Of a stretch of 64,000 nucleotides of DNA, positions 1 to 9,492 are shown one piece after another. A program made the position numbers and the translations under genes. The stretch comes from Clostridia bacterium (GTDB taxonomy: Bacteria > Bacillota > Clostridia > CAKSNL01 > HGM11501), in the NCBI GenBank assembly GCA_045545475.1, contig JAZQAZ010000002.1, forward strand, positions 35,071-99,070, given 5' to 3'. The notes beneath the pieces were generated by a model. It was not told the origin of the DNA, ran no database searches, and saw only the letters and a list, made by a program, of their open reading frames with translations. Within the stretch, counting starts at the first letter, position 1. Each line of letters starts with the position of its first letter.

Positions 1-2322
1 ATAACACTTCCTTCTTTAACTGTTATTTCGGGATTTTCCTACACTCCCAGAACCGGAGGATCTACCACAGGATTTGTATTAAAATATGAACTTTATGCAG
101 CTGATGAAACATCAGAATTAAAGCTTATTAAATCCGGTGAGTTTGAAAAGAAGCTTGAAGAACAGACAGTTAAGTTTGACTATAATATCGAAGCTAAAAC
201 TGTTGTATTCAGAATGACTGAAACAGTTGCAACTTCAGGCGTTGTTGCAGAGTTTGACCTTCTTGCGGAAGATTCATCCCTCAGCAAAAAGGCGATTTCC
301 GATATAAGCGGTGCAACTCTTGAGGCAAGAAAAGAGGAAGAGGCTGCAGAAAGCAACAACAGTGCTGTATATGATAAAAGCACATGGAAGGCAGAAGCTT
401 CCAGCGTAATGGGCAAAATGGACGGCTCCTGGGTGCTTGACGGTAAGAGAGAAACCTACTGGCACACATACTACGAAGCAATAGACGGTAAGGCAGAAAA
501 CAAGACTCCTCCTCCTTATGACCTTACAATAGATTTGGGAGCAGAGTACGTTATTTCCGGTTTTGTTTACACTCCCAGAGAGGGTAATTCTACTACAGGC
601 CGTGTTACAAAGTATGAGTTTTACGGCTCTGACGGAAGCGATGACTTCAAACTTATTGCATCCGGCAGCTTTGTAAGCGATATGGAAATAAAGAATGTTA
701 AATTCAAAAATAACATTCCCGTTAAAAAGGTACAGTTCAAGATTCTTGAAGTTGTGGGCGGATGCGGCGTTGTAGCAGAATTTGACCTTTTGAAGGAAAA
801 TTCTTCACTTTCCAAGGTTGCACTTTCATCTGTTAAGGCTGAAGTGGTAGAAGCGACAAGTGGCGAAGCGGCAAAACCCGCGGCACCCACTACACCTGCA
901 GCTCCCGTAGCTCCTACTACACCTACGGGTGATTCCAAGAAGGTTGAAGGAGAAGTTCCCGTTGACGAGAGATACGTTGATAAAAACGGCTGGACCGCTT
1001 ATGCAAAGGACAGCTTCCCCTCAGGAAATACCATCGAAAAATCAATCGACGGCGATCCTAAAACCTTCTGGCATTCATACTATACAGCGGGTGAAAACGG
1101 AGGGGAGAACGTAAGACCTCCCATGCCTTATGATGTAATTTATACTCTTCCTAACGTTACAACAGTAGCAGGCTTCTGCTACACACCCAGACAGTCATCC
1201 GGTTCAAACTCCGGACGAGTTCTTGAGTATGAAATTTATGTAACAGGTGACGATTCCGATAACTGGGTGAAAATTACAGAAGGCAAGTTTACAAACGATG
1301 ATGCCGCAAAGGATGTTGACTTTGCAGCAAACATCGATGTAAAGAAGGTTATGTTCAGAATAACCTCCGGTATGAACAAATATGCCGTAATCGGTGAGTT
1401 TGACCTTATGGTTGAAAACGGACAGCTTGAAAAGGTTGAACTTGCAGGCTATGAACAGTTTGTAAAGGACAACAGAGTGTTCAAGCTTGATCCCAATCTT
1501 ATCGGTGCAGAAAGCGATTCTGTATGGAGCGGTCACATCGGAGCACACGCTTTTGACGGTAACTACGGAACCTTCTGGCACAAGAATCCTTCCGATACCG
1601 GCACAATGCTTCTTAAGGTTGACCTTGGAAAGATTTATACCGTGGCAGGATTTACCTATTATCCCAGACGTGACGATATAAAGGGACACTGGAAAAAGTT
1701 CAACCTCTATGCAAGTGTTGACGGAAACGAATTTTTCCCTGTTCTGGAAGATGAAGTTTTGGATGTTATTGATTTTACAAGCAAGGATGTAAGATTTAAT
1801 GAACCTGTAGAATTCCGCTATGTAGAATTTGAAATCACCGAATATCACGGCCATTGTGCTGCTGCAGAAATTGAATTCTATCAGACAAAGGAAATTGCAG
1901 TTGAAGAATCAAAATCCGAAAAATATGTTCTTCAGATAGATAACCCTGTAATAATATCCGAGATAGACGGAGAAGTTAAGGAAACAACACTTGACGTTGC
2001 TCCCTTTATAAAAAACAGCAATACAATGATTCCCTTAAGAGGATTGCTTGAAGCCATGGGTGCAACCATTGAATGGAACGGCGATAACCAGAGCATAAAA
2101 ATTGTAAAGGAATCTATCACAATTGATATGCAGATAAGAAATATTCTGGTTTATGTTACAAACGTAAAGGGTACAGTTCGCTATTCCTTCAGAACAGCCC
2201 CCGTAATAAAGGACGGAAGAACCTTTATTCCCTTAAGATTCATATCGGAAAATCTTGGATATGAAGTCGCATGGGACGGAGAGACAAGAACAATTACCAT
2301 AACAACTCCCGAAATTGAATAA
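1..2322 (+). CDS. Secreted multi-domain carbohydrate-binding protein, 5'-truncated by the window edge. It has at least 4 F5/8 type C (discoidin/CBM32-like) repeats and a C-terminal copper-amine-oxidase-N-terminal-like (stalk) domain.
   Basis: Frame 1 is open from base 1: ITLPSLTVISGFSYTPRTGGSTTGFVLKYELY precedes the ORF-track Met at 214. The repeat motif is YWH-x-YY..PPPYD-x-TIDLG..SGF-x-YTPR..G-R-V-x-x-YE-x-Y. A Pro/Ala/Thr linker (AKPAAPTTPAAPVAPTTP) is present. The C-terminus reads TMIPLRGLLEAMGATIEWNG and RTFIPLRFISENLGYEVAWDG. Confidence 0.8.
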   Translation: MTLPSLTVISGFSYTPRTGGSTTGFVLKYELYAADETSELKLIKSGEFEKKLEEQTVKFDYNIEAKTVVFRMTETVATSGVVAEFDLLAEDSSLSKKAISDISGATLEARKEEEAAESNNSAVYDKSTWKAEASSVMGKMDGSWVLDGKRETYWHTYYEAIDGKAENKTPPPYDLTIDLGAEYVISGFVYTPREGNSTTGRVTKYEFYGSDGSDDFKLIASGSFVSDMEIKNVKFKNNIPVKKVQFKILEVVGGCGVVAEFDLLKENSSLSKVALSSVKAEVVEATSGEAAKPAAPTTPAAPVAPTTPTGDSKKVEGEVPVDERYVDKNGWTAYAKDSFPSGNTIEKSIDGDPKTFWHSYYTAGENGGENVRPPMPYDVIYTLPNVTTVAGFCYTPRQSSGSNSGRVLEYEIYVTGDDSDNWVKITEGKFTNDDAAKDVDFAANIDVKKVMFRITSGMNKYAVIGEFDLMVENGQLEKVELAGYEQFVKDNRVFKLDPNLIGAESDSVWSGHIGAHAFDGNYGTFWHKNPSDTGTMLLKVDLGKIYTVAGFTYYPRRDDIKGHWKKFNLYASVDGNEFFPVLEDEVLDVIDFTSKDVRFNEPVEFRYVEFEITEYHGHCAAAEIEFYQTKEIAVEESKSEKYVLQIDNPVIISEIDGEVKETTLDVAPFIKNSNTMIPLRGLLEAMGATIEWNGDNQSIKIVKESITIDMQIRNILVYVTNVKGTVRYSFRTAPVIKDGRTFIPLRFISENLGYEVAWDGETRTITITTPEIE

Positions 2323-2323
2323 T

Positions 2324-2358
2324 AAAAAACGGTGCGGAATTTTCCGCACCGTTTTTTT
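2324..2358 (+). terminator. Rho-independent terminator
   Basis: Stem acggtgcgga / tccgcaccgt with a 4-nt loop and a T7 run, immediately after the stop at 2320-2322. Confidence 0.85.
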
Positions 2359-2481
2359 ATGAAACTTCACTTTCGATAAACTTTCGGTTGGTGGGATGTT
2401 GACAATTAAAGAAAAAAGTACTATACTGAGATGGAAAGAAAAATAGCAAAATATATCAATTCAATTGGACAATATAAATCA

Positions 2482-2510
2482 TTGACATTAATAATGCGCT
2501 AGGATATAAT
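2482..2510 (+). promoter_or_regulatory. Sigma-70-type promoter candidate
   Basis: TTGACA (2482-2487), 17 nt, TATAAT (2505-2510), about 30 nt upstream of the 2542 start. Confidence 0.55.
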
Positions 2511-2541
2511 AAAATCGCACAAAAGGGAAAGGGTTGATTTA

Positions 2542-5283
2542 ATGAAAAAAGTATGTATCTTGCTTACGGTTCTGGCTATGCTTATGTCAATGTGCATAGC
2601 TATATCGGCATCGGAAGATATTGTCCTGCTTCCGTCTGATGTGGATTATCAGACGGGTGTTTCGGTTTCTTCCGGTGAAATTGCCAAAATCAGAGCGGGA
2701 GGCCGCTTTGGTTTTGAAGGCGTTGACCTTACGGGGATAAAATCGATAACTGTTGAAGGTACCTGTAATTACGAGGGACGTAACAACGAAATTTTACAGG
2801 TGAGAGTGGGAAGCCCCGATAACGGCGGAACAGTAATTGCCTATGTAAGAATGGACGACGATACAAAGTCGAGCTTTTCTGCAGATATTGAAGTTCCCGT
2901 AACAGGCGTACAGAATTTATATTTTGTGGCACAGTTTTCCGGCGTAAGTGCTCCGGTGGCAGCCACCAAGGTAAATAAGGTTATTTTATCAAAAGAGCCT
3001 TCGGGAAATGAAAAATATGTTCCCATTCCCGATTCTGCCATAATAGATAACTACCACGATACTTGGGTTGCTGTTGACGGCATGGGCCGTGCTGTTGCCG
3101 ATTATGAAGAAGTTGGCGACCTTAGGGGCGAAGAAACCGAAATCGGTATGTTTTACTGGAATTGGCACGCCAGAGGAGAAAGTAACGTAAGAATCCCCTG
3201 GAAAATAAATGCTGAATTTCCCGAGGCTTATGACGATTACGAGCATCCTGCATGGGACTTAAAGGGCAGGTATTACTGGAATGAACCCATCTTCGGTTAT
3301 TATGACAATCTTGACTACTGGGTATACAGAAAGCAGGCAATACTTCTTGCCAATGCTGACGTTGACGTAATTTTCTTTGACGGAACAAATATGGCTAATG
3401 TATGGTATGCAGGTCTTAAAGTACAGTATGAAGCTTGGCGTGATGCAAGAGAATCCGGAGTTGATGCACCGGGTATTTCCTGGATTACATCCTGGAAGAC
3501 AGACCGTACACAGGCTGTTAAATACATATATCAGGAATTCTTCCGTGAGGGTAGATATTCTGATCTTTGGTATTACCGTGACGGCAAGCCTATGATTATT
3601 ACTGACAGAGCTCTTGTGGAAAGACTTGAATATCCCAATGACAGCATTGACGGGGCAATAACAAGGGAAGCCTTCAATTTCTTTTCTATGTACAGAACAG
3701 CAAGCCGTATTGAAGATAAAATAGGTCCTAATGATCAGCTTATGTGGCTTGATGTTTATCCTCAGAGTCTTTACGGTCAGGATGCATCGGGAAGAATACA
3801 GTTTGTATCATTGGGTATTGCAAAGAATGAATCTTATGTCTGGGGTCCCGGAACTGTCGGAGTATTCTCTGATCCCTATACAATGGGCAGAAGCTACACT
3901 GTGGCCTTCGGTGAAGACTGGAGAGAGGGAGCATACAGAGAAAACTACTTCTTCCTTGAGCAGGCAAGTCGTGTTCTTGACGTAGATCCTGCCTTCGTAT
4001 TCGTTGATGGCTGGAACGAGTGGATTGCAGGCAGACAGCACAGCTATTCTGGTGTTGAAAACTCCTTTGTTGATACCTATGATAACGAAGGAAGCAGAGA
4101 TATTGAACCCACACGAGGCGAGCTTAAGGACGATACCTACTGTCAGTTTGTTGACTTTGTAAGAAAGTATCAGGGCGTTCGCCCCGCACCTTTAGCAAGT
4201 GCTGAAAAGACAATTGATCTTGCAGGGGACATTGCTCAGTGGAACGATGTTTCTCCTGAATTTATCAACGATAATACGGATTTTGAGCGTGACAGCACAG
4301 GATATGTAAATCCTGATACGGGCGAGCGTTTCCATTATACAACAAAGGTGAATAATGCAATTTCCCGAGCAAAGGTTGCAAGAGATTCTGAAAACTTCTA
4401 CTTTATGGCAAAAACAACACGTCCTATCGTGGAAGGAACAGAAAACTGGATGAACCTTTACATAAATGTGGACAGAAACTATGCAACAGGCTTTGAAGGT
4501 TATGACTATGTTGTAAACTTTACCGGTGCAGGCGTAATTTCAAAGTTTGCCGATAAGGCATATACCGTTACAGATATTGGAAATGTTTCCTATAAGGTTA
4601 CAGGCGATACGCTGGTTATCGTTGTTCCAAAAGCTTTAATAGGCGAAACAGGAAAAGCTGACCTTGAATTTAAGTGGACAGACTCTGTTGACCCGAAGGG
4701 AGATATAGTTGAATTCTACAACGGCGGAAGCGTTGCTCCCATGGGACGCTTTAACTTCCTCTACACAGAAATAGCTCAGGTTGCTTTAAGTGAGGCTGAA
4801 AAATCTGCATTTACAGATGGGGCAATGATAGGCGAGGGTAAAATCAAAATGATTGCCGACGGTGCAAAGATGAAAGTTTATGAACCTGATACGAGATGTG
4901 TTCCCGTAATGGATAACGGTGTATTGTATTATCCTGCACGTGCACTTAACGATATTTTAGGCTATGGTGAAACAAAGGTTGAGTTTGAAGCAGATGATAA
5001 CATTCTTCATGTATCAACTCATAAGCTTGACGAAAATGACGATATAAGCGACGAATACTGGATTTATTCTGAAGTTGGTTCGCTTGATGCAAGAGTAAAC
5101 GGCTATCACAAAGCTCTCACAAATCCTGTAAAGATGATAAACGGAATTCCTTATGTGCCCGTAACCTATCTTTCAGATTGTCTTAGCTGGAAGCTTTATG
5201 ATGCAGGCGACGGAATTTATGCAATGAGCAAAACGGGAATTTCAGAAGAAATTATTGCCGGCGCAAAGGCACACTTAGGATAA
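2542..5283 (+). CDS. Secreted putative glycoside hydrolase with an N-terminal CBM6/35-like module, a central catalytic-like domain of unassigned family and a C-terminal stalk domain.
   Basis: Signal peptide MKKVCILLTVLAMLMSMCIAISA. CBM6/35-like segment: FGFEGVDLTGIKSITVEG..VRVGSPDNGGTVIAY..VTGVQNLYFV. Central motifs: MFYWNWH, DVIFFDGTN, FVDGWNEWIAG. C-terminal motifs: VLYYPARALNDILGY and IPYVPVTYLSDCLSW. RBS: aaagggaaaggg. Confidence 0.55.
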   Translation: MKKVCILLTVLAMLMSMCIAISASEDIVLLPSDVDYQTGVSVSSGEIAKIRAGGRFGFEGVDLTGIKSITVEGTCNYEGRNNEILQVRVGSPDNGGTVIAYVRMDDDTKSSFSADIEVPVTGVQNLYFVAQFSGVSAPVAATKVNKVILSKEPSGNEKYVPIPDSAIIDNYHDTWVAVDGMGRAVADYEEVGDLRGEETEIGMFYWNWHARGESNVRIPWKINAEFPEAYDDYEHPAWDLKGRYYWNEPIFGYYDNLDYWVYRKQAILLANADVDVIFFDGTNMANVWYAGLKVQYEAWRDARESGVDAPGISWITSWKTDRTQAVKYIYQEFFREGRYSDLWYYRDGKPMIITDRALVERLEYPNDSIDGAITREAFNFFSMYRTASRIEDKIGPNDQLMWLDVYPQSLYGQDASGRIQFVSLGIAKNESYVWGPGTVGVFSDPYTMGRSYTVAFGEDWREGAYRENYFFLEQASRVLDVDPAFVFVDGWNEWIAGRQHSYSGVENSFVDTYDNEGSRDIEPTRGELKDDTYCQFVDFVRKYQGVRPAPLASAEKTIDLAGDIAQWNDVSPEFINDNTDFERDSTGYVNPDTGERFHYTTKVNNAISRAKVARDSENFYFMAKTTRPIVEGTENWMNLYINVDRNYATGFEGYDYVVNFTGAGVISKFADKAYTVTDIGNVSYKVTGDTLVIVVPKALIGETGKADLEFKWTDSVDPKGDIVEFYNGGSVAPMGRFNFLYTEIAQVALSEAEKSAFTDGAMIGEGKIKMIADGAKMKVYEPDTRCVPVMDNGVLYYPARALNDILGYGETKVEFEADDNILHVSTHKLDENDDISDEYWIYSEVGSLDARVNGYHKALTNPVKMINGIPYVPVTYLSDCLSWKLYDAGDGIYAMSKTGISEEIIAGAKAHLG

Positions 5284-5296
5284 GGAGGGATAAAAT

Positions 5297-7321
5297 ATGA
5301 AAAAGTTAATATCTTTATTAATTACATTCTGTATGGTTTTATCTCTCGGCACAGTTCTTTCATATGCAGAGGATGAAATGCTTGATAAAAGCGGGTGGAC
5401 TGCAGAAGCCTCCAGCACATTTGCAAATTATACAGCAGAAAAAGTTCTTGACGGTAAGAGGGAAACATACTGGCACACGTATTATGAAGTAGTGGAGGGC
5501 AGGGCAGGAAACAAAACACCCCCTCCTTATGAGCTCACAATTGACCTGGGCAGAGAATTCGTTATTTCAGGCTTTTCATATCTTCCGAGAACAGGGGAGT
5601 CATCAACGGGAAGAGTTACAAAGTATGAAATCTACGGCTCGGACGGAACAGATAACTTTGTTTTAATCGGCTCGGGAGAATTTCCCAATAACGAGGATGA
5701 AAAAACAGTAAAGTTCAAAAACAACATTCCTGTTAATAAGATTAAGTATAAGATACTTGATGCCGTTGGCGGATGCGGCGTTGTTGCAGAATTTGACCTT
5801 GTCAAGGAGGATGCTGCACTTCCCAAGGTGGTGCTTTCTGATGTAACAGCTGAAACCTTTGTATCGGAAGCTCCTAAGGCAGAGGAAAAGCCCAAGGAAG
5901 AAAAACCTGCTGCAGGTACAGTGGCACCGTCGACCGGCGAGAAAAAGGTTGAAGGAGAAGTTCCCGTTGATCCGAGATACGTGGATAAAAACGGATGGAC
6001 AGCCTATGCAGAGCACAGCTTCCCCACGGGAGATACACCGGAAAAGTCCATCGACGGTAACCCAAAAAGCTACTGGCACTCATATTTCAAGACGGTTGAC
6101 GGAGTAAATCAGAAGGCACCCATGCCCTATGATATGATTTATACCCTTCCTTCCGTAACAAGCATAGCAGGCTTTTGCTACACCCCCAGACAGACCGATG
6201 GTTCAACATCAGGTATCGTACTTGAATATGAATTTTACGGAAGTGCGGACGGCTCCGATAACTGGGTAATGATTGAATCCGGCACATTCACAAATGACAG
6301 AGCCTCAAAGGACGTTCACTTTATATGCAACCTTGATGTTAAAAAGGTTATGTTCAGAGTTAAGTCCGGTCTTAACGGCTATGCTGTAATAGGCGAATTT
6401 GACCTTATGGTAAAAAGGGATGGAATTACTACCGTACCTCTTTCCGAGTATGAAGCATATAAGGAAGAAAACAAGGTGGTATATGTTGATACAGACGGAA
6501 TAAAGGCAGAATCCAGCTCCGAATGGACAGGTCATGCTGCATCGCTGGCGGTTGACGGAAATCCGGGCAGCTACTGGCATAAGAATCCCGATGATAAGGG
6601 AATGATTCTTTTAAGGATTGACCTTGGCAGGGAATACGAAATAGCAGGCTTTACCTATTATCCCAGACGTGACGATATAAAGGGACACTGGAAGAAGTAC
6701 AATATGTATGCAAGTACCGATGATAACGAGTATGTATCTGTACTCAGTGGTGCGACTTTTGATGTAATTGACTATACAAGTAAGGATATAAGGTTTGCAG
6801 AGCCTGTTAAAATGCGATATGTGGAATTTGAAATAGACGAATACCACGGACACTGTGCGGCGGCTGAAATAGGCTTTTATCAGACAAAGGAAATTGTTCA
6901 GGAAGAAAAGGTTTTTGAAAAATATGTACTCCAGATAGATAATCCTTTGATAAAGTCTGAGATAAATGGCGTAACAAAGGAAACGACTCTTGACGTGTCT
7001 CCATTCATTAAAAATGGTAATACGATGATACCTTTAAGAGGTTTGCTTGAAGAAATGGGTGCAACCATTGAATGGAACGGCGACAATCAATCTATAAAGG
7101 TTAAAAAAGGCTTAATCACAATAGATATGCAGATAAGAAGAAAACAGGTTTATGTGACAAACGCCAAGGGAACTATTCGTTATTCATTCAGAACAGCTCC
7201 CATAATAAAGGATTCAAGAACCTTTATTCCGTTAAGATTCATCTCTGAAAATCTTGGGTATGATGTAATCTGGAACGGTGAAACAAGAACCATTACGATT
7301 CAGACTCCCGAAGAAGAGTAA
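5297..7321 (+). CDS. Secreted protein with three F5/8 type C (discoidin) repeats and a C-terminal stalk domain; paralog of the 1-2322 product.
   Basis: Signal peptide MKKLISLLITFCMVLSLGTVLSYA. It has the same repeat motifs and domain order as 1-2322. By eye the C-terminal ~130 aa are about 80% identical (EKYVLQIDNP..TMIPLRGLLEEMGATIEWNGDNQSIK..RTFIPLRFISENLGYDVIWNGETRTITI). RBS: aggaggg. Confidence 0.85.
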   Translation: MKKLISLLITFCMVLSLGTVLSYAEDEMLDKSGWTAEASSTFANYTAEKVLDGKRETYWHTYYEVVEGRAGNKTPPPYELTIDLGREFVISGFSYLPRTGESSTGRVTKYEIYGSDGTDNFVLIGSGEFPNNEDEKTVKFKNNIPVNKIKYKILDAVGGCGVVAEFDLVKEDAALPKVVLSDVTAETFVSEAPKAEEKPKEEKPAAGTVAPSTGEKKVEGEVPVDPRYVDKNGWTAYAEHSFPTGDTPEKSIDGNPKSYWHSYFKTVDGVNQKAPMPYDMIYTLPSVTSIAGFCYTPRQTDGSTSGIVLEYEFYGSADGSDNWVMIESGTFTNDRASKDVHFICNLDVKKVMFRVKSGLNGYAVIGEFDLMVKRDGITTVPLSEYEAYKEENKVVYVDTDGIKAESSSEWTGHAASLAVDGNPGSYWHKNPDDKGMILLRIDLGREYEIAGFTYYPRRDDIKGHWKKYNMYASTDDNEYVSVLSGATFDVIDYTSKDIRFAEPVKMRYVEFEIDEYHGHCAAAEIGFYQTKEIVQEEKVFEKYVLQIDNPLIKSEINGVTKETTLDVSPFIKNGNTMIPLRGLLEEMGATIEWNGDNQSIKVKKGLITIDMQIRRKQVYVTNAKGTIRYSFRTAPIIKDSRTFIPLRFISENLGYDVIWNGETRTITIQTPEEE

Positions 7322-7324
7322 AAT

Positions 7325-7362
7325 AAAAACTGTGCGAAGAGTTTCTTTTCGCACAGTTTTTT
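7325..7362 (+). terminator. Rho-independent terminator
   Basis: Stem ctgtgcgaa / ttcgcacag followed by a T6 run. Confidence 0.8.
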
Positions 7363-7402
7363 AGTCTTTGCATATTCTGTCAATAGGGAAAGGAAGGTGA
7401 AA

Positions 7403-7900
7403 ATGGTAATAACAGTTCCTTACGACAGAATAAAGGCGACGGAATATGCATCAAAGTGGGCATATCTAAGAAATCCCGACTATTACAATTTCAATTCCCT
7501 TGGCGGCGATTGTACAAATTTTATATCGCAATGTTTATATGCCGGAAGCGGTGAAATGAATTATCCTGTCTGGTATTATTACAGTATTAATGACCGCTCT
7601 CCGTCCTGGACCGGAGTTGAGTTTCTATATGATTTTCTTGTGAAGAACAAAGGACAGGGGCCAAGGGGAATCGAATGCAATATTGAGGATTTGAGACGTG
7701 GTGACGTTATTCAACTGGACTTTGACGGTGACGGAACGTTTTCCCACAGCCTTTTGGTAACAGATGTAAAATATCCCATAACACCTTTTCATATTTTAAT
7801 TGCGGCACATACTGTGGATTCGTTAAACCGTCCGCTTGACAGCTATAGCTTTAAAAGGGCAAGATTCATTCACATAGAAAATGTGGGAAAAAGCATATAA
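7403..7900 (+). CDS. Putative amidase-domain protein (Amidase_6-like, cysteine peptidase fold)
   Basis: Motif GGDCTNFISQCLYAGS. The ATG at 7403 lies 5-6 nt after RBS aggaagg. The ORF track starts 6 nt earlier at a GTG. Confidence 0.6.
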   Translation: MVITVPYDRIKATEYASKWAYLRNPDYYNFNSLGGDCTNFISQCLYAGSGEMNYPVWYYYSINDRSPSWTGVEFLYDFLVKNKGQGPRGIECNIEDLRRGDVIQLDFDGDGTFSHSLLVTDVKYPITPFHILIAAHTVDSLNRPLDSYSFKRARFIHIENVGKSI

Positions 7901-7934
7901 AAAGGCTTATCGCAACAGCGATAAGCCTTTTTTC
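7901..7934. terminator. Bidirectional hairpin terminator between convergent genes
   Basis: aaggcttatcgc-aaca-gcgataagcctt flanked by an A-run and a T-run. Confidence 0.75.
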
Positions 7935-8403
7935 ATGCAAGTTTTTTCAATTCTTTTCTTGAAATAAAGAAAAGAATTAATCCGAGTAAAGGAATTAAAA
8001 ACGTAACGAATAAATGAATTCCAAACCCTGTGAACGGAACCATTGTAACAAGCATTATATATGAGAAAATCAATGCTCCGAGTTCGGTTTCAAATCCGAA
8101 AACTAAAAAGAAAATACAAATCAAAGGAATGAGGAACATAATTGCTGCTTGATAAAGGCAAAGCTTTAGGTAAATTTCCTTTGCAAGCTTCTTTCCGAAA
8201 TGGAAAAGCAGGAAAAAGTATGCTGTGTAGAGTAGGGAGGTTATAATCTGGGGGATTGTTGCATCACTGAAAATGTCAATTTCCAAAACCGGTCTTCCCA
8301 GATAAGCATCAAACAGAAAGTAAACCGATAAAGCATAGAGTGCGATGAAGCCTGAAATAAGTGAAATATTTAATTTGTGTTTTTTTATAAATTCCAAAAT
8401 CAT
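7933..8403 (-). CDS. Small polytopic membrane protein (4-5 predicted TM helices), function unknown
   Basis: Hydrophobic throughout. Its start overlaps the upstream AraC stop in an ATGA arrangement on the minus strand. Confidence 0.6.
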   Translation of the reverse strand: MILEFIKKHKLNISLISGFIALYALSVYFLFDAYLGRPVLEIDIFSDATIPQIITSLLYTAYFFLLFHFGKKLAKEIYLKLCLYQAAIMFLIPLICIFFLVFGFETELGALIFSYIMLVTMVPFTGFGIHLFVTFLIPLLGLILFFISRKELKKLA

Positions 8404-9323
8404 GATTGCATATCTTCCTCCATCTTGTTTTTTACGGATTTCTTTTGTTTTTCTGCCTTGATTCTGTTCTGCTTTCGGTATTTAAGAGGTGATACACCGT
8501 TGATTTCTTTGAAAACAGACGAAAAGTAGTTGCTGTCGTTAAAGCCACATTCGTAGGCGATTTTGCATATTGACTTATCGGTGTGGATAAGGCGTGACTG
8601 TGCCTCCTTAAGGCGGATGATGGTTAAATATTCCTTAAAGCCGAAACCCGTTATGCTTTTGAAAAGCCTTGAAAAATAGCTCGTTGAAAGACTGGACATT
8701 TCGGCCATCTGCTCTAAAGTTAAATTCATTTTGTAATTGACAGAGATGTACTGTGTTACATTTTCAATCGGGATATTTGTGCGGCTATAGGGTTTATCCA
8801 TAGAAGGATTTCTTAGCATAAGGGAGAAAAGCTCTGTCATATAGCCTGAAATCAGAAGATTTGAATATGAGTCAAAATTCTGATGCTCTTTTGAAATTTT
8901 TTCGAAAATTGCAGTGATTTCGGGAATTGTATCTTTCGGCGGACGGTAAATATTAAGAGCAAAAAGATTGTAAATATCAATTGCAAGGGATGGCGTGATA
9001 TAAGGCTTTGAAAAGTTAATAAGATAGCGGTCTGTCGCTTCGTTAAAATAAATTGTTTTGTGTATAACGCCCTTTGGAATCAATACAAGGTCACCGGCTT
9101 CAACTTCAAACAGCTTGTTCTCGATAAAGTACCGGCAGTGGCCTTCTGCAAGAAAATAAATTTCATACATATTATGATAATGACCGTTGGTTGTGGCGGC
9201 AACGCTTTCACGTCTTGAACGGTCATAATAAAAGTTGTCATACCTGTAAAGCTTGGGCGTGACAAAGGGACGGGAATCTTCAGTTGTGATGTTTTTGTCT
9301 ATTAACCCTTTCTTTATTGCCAT
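8400..9323 (-). CDS. AraC-family transcriptional regulator (cupin sensor plus HTH)
   Basis: C-terminal HTH: LEQMAEMSSLSTSYFSRLFK..IAYECGFNDSNYFSSVFKEINGVSPLKYR. The start is trimmed to MAIKKG (ATG at 9323), which is preceded by RBS aaaaggaggc. The ORF-track extension lacks an RBS. Confidence 0.85.
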   Translation of the reverse strand: MAIKKGLIDKNITTEDSRPFVTPKLYRYDNFYYDRSRRESVAATTNGHYHNMYEIYFLAEGHCRYFIENKLFEVEAGDLVLIPKGVIHKTIYFNEATDRYLINFSKPYITPSLAIDIYNLFALNIYRPPKDTIPEITAIFEKISKEHQNFDSYSNLLISGYMTELFSLMLRNPSMDKPYSRTNIPIENVTQYISVNYKMNLTLEQMAEMSSLSTSYFSRLFKSITGFGFKEYLTIIRLKEAQSRLIHTDKSICKIAYECGFNDSNYFSSVFKEINGVSPLKYRKQNRIKAEKQKKSVKNKMEEDMQS

Positions 9324-9492
9324 ATTCTTCGCCTCCTTTTTGATAATAGTTTTCCTGTTTTTCTTCAGTATAACACAAATGACAAAAAAATCAAGAAAAA
9401 TCGTAAAAAAAGGCAATATTTTAAAGGAAATCTTATTGAAATTGTTGTAAAATAGTGATAAAATATAATAAAAAATATTAGGGGGTATTTTA

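Noticed and set aside
1204-1854. 216-aa minus-strand ORF, with similar antisense ORFs at 621-938, 3740-4114, 5663-6079 and 6305-6580.
   Set aside because: These ORFs lie entirely antisense to well-supported discoidin-repeat and glycosidase genes. They have no RBS and a low-complexity, Cys/Phe-rich composition typical of shadow ORFs.
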